Shown here in pieces: positions 6,809 to 12,068 of a stretch of DNA of 12,068 nucleotides. Below the pieces are notes generated by a model. That model did not search any database, was not told the DNA's origin, and saw only the letters and a list, made by a program, of their open reading frames with translations. How positions within the stretch are numbered: the first letter of the stretch is position 1; each line of letters opens with the position of its first letter. A program made the position numbers and the translations under genes. Source of the stretch: a virus; UHGV virus genome UHGV-1564381; one strand, written 5' to 3'.

Positions 6809-7695
6809 CGGACATCATCATTAAACGCTACCGCCCTGAAGAGTTTCCGCGTCATCTGGACTTTCTGGAGCGAATGACTGTCACAAAGGGAACTGTAGAG
6901 GACTGGCACGCTCTTAAGTCGCTTCACTACAAAACAGACGGCAAACCTTTCGCGCCAACATACTATCGCTGCGAACTGGATGACCGTCTGGTGGGCGTCG
7001 TGGTTATGGCTTACCCGAAACTTCTGCTGGCACCTCGCCATCGCATGTTTCCTAAGTTGAAACCAACCACCAATACCACCGTGGCTAACCAGTACTGGGG
7101 CCGGTACGTGAATAACAACTTTGCGGTGATCAGCCGCTCAGTTGTGGATACTCAGTACCGTGGCGTAGGCGTCTCTTATCGAATGATTAACCTAGTTAGC
7201 AGGATGCATGACCGGCCAATCATTGAGATCCAGTCATCGATGAGCAAATACAATCCCTTCGCCATGAAAGCAGGGTTTAAGTTCATCCGCCCTGAGCGAC
7301 CGAAGAGCTATGAAAGTGCACTGCGTGTGTTCCAGCGCCATTTCCGCTCCGACCCGGGTGATAACGAGGCGATCGTCAAAGAGTTGTTCGCTATGAGCGA
7401 GTCTCGTCGTCGCCGTGCGCTGCGCGATTTGGTGGCGGACTACCATAAGAACAGTTCCCTGGCAAAAGCTGGGCGGAATCGTGGCACGACGATTCAGGAC
7501 ATTGCCGACAGTCTGGTGGACGAGGCCAGCATTGTGAAGCTGCTCAAGGACATTCACAACCTGAGCTTTACGTCTCCGTTGTATGGTGTGTACCGAAACC
7601 CTGACTTTGGCCGTCGACTGCCTGACACGCTGCCACTGCTGGCATTCGACAAACAACCTTTGGATAAACCGTTAGAAATTGCTTTACCGGCATAA
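6805..7695 (+). CDS. GNAT-like acyltransferase-fold protein with a roughly 110-aa C-terminal extension
   Basis: 296 aa. VVDTQYRGVGVSYRMINLV resembles GNAT motif A (R-x-x-G-x-G/A acyl-CoA pyrophosphate loop); NPFAMKAGFKF resembles motif B. The C-terminal third is Arg-rich and matches nothing I recognise. Fold assignment is by eye. Confidence 0.55.
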   Translation: MTDIIIKRYRPEEFPRHLDFLERMTVTKGTVEDWHALKSLHYKTDGKPFAPTYYRCELDDRLVGVVVMAYPKLLLAPRHRMFPKLKPTTNTTVANQYWGRYVNNNFAVISRSVVDTQYRGVGVSYRMINLVSRMHDRPIIEIQSSMSKYNPFAMKAGFKFIRPERPKSYESALRVFQRHFRSDPGDNEAIVKELFAMSESRRRRALRDLVADYHKNSSLAKAGRNRGTTIQDIADSLVDEASIVKLLKDIHNLSFTSPLYGVYRNPDFGRRLPDTLPLLAFDKQPLDKPLEIALPA

Positions 7696-7704
7696 GGATT
7701 TGCC

Positions 7705-7971
7705 ATGACGTTAACCGATAAACAAAAGGACATCATCAAAACGCTCAATCTCGGTTATGAGCGAGGTCATCTACTTGACCTGGACGAATTGCTTGAAGTT
7801 TTGCCGTACAAGACAACCAAGCAAAGTATCCAGTTCTCAATTCGCGCTCTGATAAAAAAGGGGCTGGTGGAGAAAGGGCATACGCGCCAACGCAGTGACA
7901 ATCGCTATCACCGCCGGACTCTTGGGTTAACCACTTTAGGTCGAGCCAAAGCGAAGTTACTGGTGATGTAA
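7705..7971 (+). CDS. Small putative winged-helix DNA-binding protein
   Basis: 88 aa. ATG at 7705 with AAGGA 6 nt upstream, 9 nt after the GNAT stop. The segment DELLEVLPYKTTKQSIQFSIRALIKKGLVEKG has the pattern of a wHTH recognition helix and wing; basic C-terminus. Confidence 0.45.
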   Translation: MTLTDKQKDIIKTLNLGYERGHLLDLDELLEVLPYKTTKQSIQFSIRALIKKGLVEKGHTRQRSDNRYHRRTLGLTTLGRAKAKLLVM

Positions 7972-8007
7972 TCGGTCTGGGAGCTTATTTAAAGACCTGC
8001 ATCTGTA

Positions 8008-8040
8008 TATATAAATAATAAGTAACTTATTAAATATATA
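8008..8040. repeat. AT-rich 33-bp near-palindrome upstream of the terminase genes
   Basis: Centred on A8024. Perfect 17-bp core TAATAAGTAACTTATTA (8016-8032); arms extend to 8008 and 8040 with two mismatched pairs (8014/8034, 8015/8033). Flanked by the 9-bp inverted pair CTGCATCTG (7997-8005) and CAGATGCAG (8104-8112). Confidence 0.5.
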
Positions 8041-8127
8041 CGGAAGCAGGCTTCGTAAGACATGCCAGACCTAATTAAACACCCCAGAAAACAAGTTGGT
8101 TAGCAGATGCAGTAAACAAGTTGTTTT

Positions 8128-8147
8128 AGAGCGCATGGACGCGCTCT
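8128..8147 (+). promoter_or_regulatory. GC-rich hairpin flanked by a direct repeat, just upstream of the small terminase start
   Basis: AGAGCGC (8128-8134) and GCGCTCT (8141-8147) around a 6-nt loop, followed by GTGTGTTTTAGAGGG. GTTTTAGAG occurs at 8123-8131 and again at 8152-8160. The GAGGG at 8158-8162 is the likely RBS for the ATG at 8167. Confidence 0.3.
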
Positions 8148-8166
8148 GTGTGTTTTAGAGGGATCT

Positions 8167-8799
8167 ATGACGGTCGAAAAAGACGAGGTAAAAACTCGCC
8201 TGACACCAGCGGAGTGGGCCGAAGCTGAAGCCAAATGGACGTCAGGCGAATATACACTCTCAAAGCTGGAGGAAGAGTACGGCATTCGTCGTGAAACACT
8301 CTCCAGACATTTCAAAAAGCGAGGATTAGAGAAAGGCGCGGACTCTGTTGGGAAGATGGTTCGTGAGTCTCTTAAATCTGACGCAGAGCTTCGCGCTAAA
8401 GCCCGTGCGGAAAAGATAGAAGAACGTCGTACACGTTATGACGGCTGGGCGTATGCGTTGGGGCAGATGGTGATGGTCGAAGTCACTACGGCCAAACGTG
8501 AGGGTAAGCCTTTAGGGGCGATTGAGGATTCTCTCAAGAGCTTACAGAGAGCCAGTAATACCCTTGCAAAATGCTTTGAAGTTTCGTCCAAAGCATTGGG
8601 CATGGATCATGCGGAAAATGACGAGGAAGAAATTCCGAACCTGGTATTTGGTGAGCTTACGCCTTCCCAGGTGGCGAAATTACGTCAGGAAGACGACGAG
8701 CCTGAAATCATCGATGACGAATTGCTTGAGACGTTGGAAGAAGAAGCTCTAAGCGAATTTGATGCGACAGATGATGGAATTGAAGGGGAGGACGAATAA
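8167..8799 (+). CDS. Putative terminase small subunit
   Basis: 210 aa, sitting directly upstream of the large terminase and overlapping it by 1 nt (TAATG). N-terminal region (LSKLEEEYGIRRETLSRHFKKRG) looks like an HTH. Highly acidic C-terminal tail (EDDEPEIIDDELLETLEEEALSEFDATDDGIEGEDE). Assignment is by position and architecture. Confidence 0.5.
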   Translation: MTVEKDEVKTRLTPAEWAEAEAKWTSGEYTLSKLEEEYGIRRETLSRHFKKRGLEKGADSVGKMVRESLKSDAELRAKARAEKIEERRTRYDGWAYALGQMVMVEVTTAKREGKPLGAIEDSLKSLQRASNTLAKCFEVSSKALGMDHAENDEEEIPNLVFGELTPSQVAKLRQEDDEPEIIDDELLETLEEEALSEFDATDDGIEGEDE

Positions 8800-10055
8800 T
8801 GGCAATCCCGTCCTCGCTCAGTCTTGTGCAACTGCATTCTGGACAGATGAAAGTCTTCCAGTCTCCGCATCGATTTAAAGTTGTTTGTGCTGGTCGACGC
8901 TGGGGAAAATCCCGGTTGTCGATCTCCACTATTATTCGTGCGGCGGCAAAGGAAAAAAAGCAAAGAGTCTGGTATGTCGCTCCTACTTACCAGATGGCTC
9001 GCCAGATTTTGTGGGACGATCTACAGGAAGTTCTGCCTCGTAAGTGGGTTAGGAAAAAGAACGACACCACGATGACAATCGTGTTGAAGAACGGTTCGGA
9101 GATCGCCCTCAAAGGTGCTGATAAGCCTGACACTCTGCGCGGCGTAGCGTTGCATTTTGTAGTGCTTGATGAATTTCAGGATATGAAGGCTGACACCTGG
9201 TACAAGGTGTTACGACCTACTCTTTCATCGACACGCGGCGGTGCACTGATCATTGGTACGCCAAAAGGCTTCTCGGAATTTCACAAACTGTGGACTATAG
9301 GCCAGAACGTAGAGCTGCAAAGAAAGGGACAGTGGAAGAGCTGGCAGTTTGTAACTGCCGATTCTCCGTTTGTACCTACGGCGGAAATTGAAGCTGCTAA
9401 GAACGATATGGACCCGAAATCGTTCGCTCAGGAGTACCTGGCGAGCTTTGAGAACATGTCCGGGCGCGTTTACTACCCGTTCGATCGTAACGTGCATGTA
9501 AAACCGCTTCAGTTCAACCCTCGGTTGCCTATATGGGTAGGGCAGGACTTCAACATTGACCCGATGTCTTCAGTAATTTTGCAACCTCAGCCAAATGGTG
9601 AGCTATGGGCAATTGATGAATTGGTGCTCTTTTCCTCTAACACGGCAGAGGTTTGTGATGAGCTTGAGAGACGCTTCTGGCGCTGGAAATCACAGATAAC
9701 GGTATTTCCAGATCCGGCAGGTGCTTATCGCCAACATGCTCGCGGGGAGTCTGACGTCGACATATTCAAAGAGAAGGGATTCTTACGTGTCGATTATTCG
9801 AAAAAGCACCCGCCAATTGCGGATCGTGTTAATGCTGTTAACCGAATGCTGATGACCGCATCTGGAGATATCCGGCTGTATATCGATCCGAAGTGCAAGC
9901 ATTTGATTGATTCACTGGAAAAAGTCATCTACAAGCCTGGAACACGAGATATGGATAAGACAGGTGGCATTGAGCATAGTGCAGACGCATTGGGCTATCC
10001 AGTACATCGTAGGTATCCAGTCAAAAACCGTGTTATTCTTGGTGGTTCTCGATAG
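8799..10055 (+). CDS. Terminase large subunit (ATPase plus nuclease)
   Basis: 418 aa. Terminase-type Walker A VVCAGRRWGKSRLS, Walker B HFVVLDEFQD, and a C-terminal half with conserved acidic residues (QDFNIDPMSS, FPDPAG) consistent with an RNase H-like nuclease domain. GGGGAGG RBS 7 nt upstream. Confidence 0.85.
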   Translation: MAIPSSLSLVQLHSGQMKVFQSPHRFKVVCAGRRWGKSRLSISTIIRAAAKEKKQRVWYVAPTYQMARQILWDDLQEVLPRKWVRKKNDTTMTIVLKNGSEIALKGADKPDTLRGVALHFVVLDEFQDMKADTWYKVLRPTLSSTRGGALIIGTPKGFSEFHKLWTIGQNVELQRKGQWKSWQFVTADSPFVPTAEIEAAKNDMDPKSFAQEYLASFENMSGRVYYPFDRNVHVKPLQFNPRLPIWVGQDFNIDPMSSVILQPQPNGELWAIDELVLFSSNTAEVCDELERRFWRWKSQITVFPDPAGAYRQHARGESDVDIFKEKGFLRVDYSKKHPPIADRVNAVNRMLMTASGDIRLYIDPKCKHLIDSLEKVIYKPGTRDMDKTGGIEHSADALGYPVHRRYPVKNRVILGGSR

Positions 10056-10081
10056 GTAAGTAATTATCTAAGGTTATTCAA

Positions 10082-11656
10082 ATGGAATTGAACGACAAAC
10101 AAATTAAGGATCTGGTGGCGCGACGCCACCCGGAATACGAAAAGAAAAAAGAACATTGGGACTTCCTCGCCAGCACTTACGCTGGCGGGCGTGGTTGGTT
10201 TACAGACAATATCTTTCGTTACTTTAAAGAGGGAGATCAGGAGTTTAAGGAGCGAGTTGAACGTGCTTATCGCTTCAACCACACTCGTGAGGTGGTAAAC
10301 CTCATCAACAAATATCTCTTTAAAGAAGACATTCATAGAAATATCGAAGAGGCACCAGAGCAGATCCGCAATTTCTGGAAACGTGCGACTCGCCAGAATG
10401 CCTCTATTGACTCATTTATGGCCGCTATTGATTTGCAGTCGTCTATTTACGGTCGCATATGGGTTGTTGTCGATAGCACGATGAGTGGTGATGTTGAGTC
10501 AGTAGCTGACGAGAAAAAGAAAGATGCTCGCGCCTACGCCTACTGGATTTCACCTCAGCAAATGCTTGATGTGGCATGGGACGACGACGGGAATATGTTG
10601 TGGGCGTTAATTGTGGAAGTCGCTCGTGATGACGCAGATCCTTTTACTTCTACAGGTCAGGAATACCAACGTTATCGTCTGTGGACACAAAACGAGTGGT
10701 ATCTGTTCCGTGAGGAAGTGAAGAAGGGCGCTGGTGGAGCAGGTCGCCGTCAGGCAAAAGTTATTTTAGAGGATAGCGGTGAGCATAATCTCGGCGTAGT
10801 TCCTGTGTTTCCTGTTGATTGTATTGGAGAAAGTGAATCACCGTATTTCAGCCCATCGTTGATCGATGATATCGCTTATCTTGATCGTGCGGTTGCAAAC
10901 TATCTGTCAAACCTTGATGCCATTATTCAGGATCAGACATTTAGCCAGTTGGCTATACCGGTACAGTCGCTTTTACCTGGTGATGAAAACCACACTAAAG
11001 TGCTTGAAATGGGCACAAAGCGAGTCTTCACCTACGATTCTGAAGGTGGAAACCAGCCGTTTTATCTGTCACCAGACCCGAAACAAGCTCAGATGATCAT
11101 CACTACGATTAAGACGGTGATTAACGAAATCTACCATTCAGTTGGTGTAGCTGGTGAGCGAACGAAGCAGGACAACGCACAGGGAATCGATAATTCATCT
11201 GGTGCCGCAAAAATGTATGACTTCCAGCGTGTAAATAGCTTGCTTGTCACAAAAGCAGAGCGTCTGGAAAGGGCTGAACGCCAAATCATGCTACTGGTTG
11301 CGAAATGGATGGGGGCAGATCTGGACGAAGACCACTCTTTAATTGCGTATCCAGAAAGTTTCGATATTCGTGGCCTTACTGATGAATTTTCTGTTGCCGA
11401 GAAACTGTCATTACTTCAGGCACCGGACTCTGTACGTCGTCACCAGATGGAAATGCTTATTGAGAAGATTTTCCCGAACATTACTGAGGCGATGAAAAAG
11501 GAATTTGATAAAGATCTCTTGAATTTTCCGCCAAAAAATGATCTAAATACCCTTGAAAATAAGTCAGTACTTACTTATGATCGTGGTGCAGCCCAAGAAA
11601 GCGGGCAAGATCAACCCCGAGGGAATGGGGACTCATCTACTCAAGAGAACGAGTGA
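10082..11656 (+). CDS. Putative portal protein
   Basis: 524-aa ORF starting 26 nt after the large terminase stop. Size and position are typical of portal genes. No motif I can verify by eye. Confidence 0.55.
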   Translation: MELNDKQIKDLVARRHPEYEKKKEHWDFLASTYAGGRGWFTDNIFRYFKEGDQEFKERVERAYRFNHTREVVNLINKYLFKEDIHRNIEEAPEQIRNFWKRATRQNASIDSFMAAIDLQSSIYGRIWVVVDSTMSGDVESVADEKKKDARAYAYWISPQQMLDVAWDDDGNMLWALIVEVARDDADPFTSTGQEYQRYRLWTQNEWYLFREEVKKGAGGAGRRQAKVILEDSGEHNLGVVPVFPVDCIGESESPYFSPSLIDDIAYLDRAVANYLSNLDAIIQDQTFSQLAIPVQSLLPGDENHTKVLEMGTKRVFTYDSEGGNQPFYLSPDPKQAQMIITTIKTVINEIYHSVGVAGERTKQDNAQGIDNSSGAAKMYDFQRVNSLLVTKAERLERAERQIMLLVAKWMGADLDEDHSLIAYPESFDIRGLTDEFSVAEKLSLLQAPDSVRRHQMEMLIEKIFPNITEAMKKEFDKDLLNFPPKNDLNTLENKSVLTYDRGAAQESGQDQPRGNGDSSTQENE

Positions 11657-11678
11657 TAAGTAACAAAAGGAATTTTTA

Positions 11679-12068
11679 TGAATCTGTGGCAAATGCTTTT
11701 GGCCCGTCGTGGTCTGATGGATGTCGCTGAAGCGCATGAGCGTGGAGGCGCTGGCGGTGTAGCTGCTGATAATGAGCAGAGTACACAAGATCCTGACAAA
11801 CAGGGTGAACAAAAAGAGCAGCCGAAGGGCGATGACGAATACGCTGGCATGACTCAGGAAGAGTTACTGGCCGAACTTCGTAAAACCAAGAAAGCTGGTG
11901 CTGAACTGCTGAAGGAGAACATGAAGCGCAAAGAGAAAGAGCGCACATTGGCCGATCAGCTTGCTCAGTACGGTGATATCGATCCGGCTCGTGCTCGCCA
12001 GCTTTTAGAAGCTGAACAGGCCGCAGAAAACGCACGTCGTGAGGCGGAGCAAGCTGAACTGGAGCGTC
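11679..12068 (+). CDS. Partial CDS (3' end outside window); scaffold-like or head-morphogenesis protein
   Basis: ATG at 11679 with AAGGA 7 nt upstream; open in frame to the window end (130 codons). Charged, Ala/Glu/Lys/Arg-rich sequence with heptad-like character (EELLAELRKTKKAGAELLKENMKRKEKE...), as in scaffolding proteins. Not in the ORF track because it lacks a stop. Confidence 0.4.

Noticed and set aside
7234-7656. 140-aa minus-strand ORF (also 6569..6802, 6799..7041 and 7554..7748 minus)
   Set aside because: Antisense to the ABC ATPase and GNAT-like genes. No start context, and they conflict with the translationally coupled plus-strand operon.
8685-8963. Minus-strand ORFs 8685..8963, 8708..8929 and 9225..9497; plus-strand 8522..8752 and 8881..9075
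   Set aside because: Overlap the small and large terminase coding sequences in other frames or strands. The large terminase Walker A and B motifs fix the true frame.
11676-12035. 119-aa minus-strand ORF (also 11641..11850 minus)
   Set aside because: Antisense to the partial scaffold-like gene, which has a good RBS and follows the portal gene in the expected direction. Cys/Arg/His-rich frame shadow.
1-12068. CRISPR arrays, tRNA or rRNA genes, IS elements or integrase
   Set aside because: No regularly spaced direct repeats, no tRNA-like cloverleaf candidates in the short intergenic regions, and no transposase or integrase-like ORF. The only repeats are the short inverted and direct repeats reported above.

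Overview
The window reads as a segment of a tailed-phage or prophage genome, with about 95% of it coding and no rRNA, tRNA or CRISPR array seen. All calls rest on reading motifs by eye in the supplied ORF translations; no homology search was run. Three blocks: (i) a leftward (minus-strand) block at 167-4715 with an SF2 DEAD/DEAH-type helicase, a small putative DNA-binding protein, two AT-rich unknown genes and three small genes of which two carry signal peptides; (ii) a rightward, translationally coupled five-gene operon at 4798-7971 encoding two paralogous ParB/Srx-like proteins, a stand-alone ABC-type ATPase, a GNAT-like acyltransferase with a C-terminal extension, and a small winged-helix-like protein; (iii) the start of a packaging/head module at 8167-12068 with small terminase, large terminase, a portal-sized protein and a partial scaffold-like gene. 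The ParB-ParB-ABC-GNAT operon is the best candidate for an undescribed system, possibly DNA modification or anti-restriction, but its function is inferred only. Secondary points are the AT-rich accessory genes, the exported proteins, and a repeat-dense intergenic region upstream of the small terminase.
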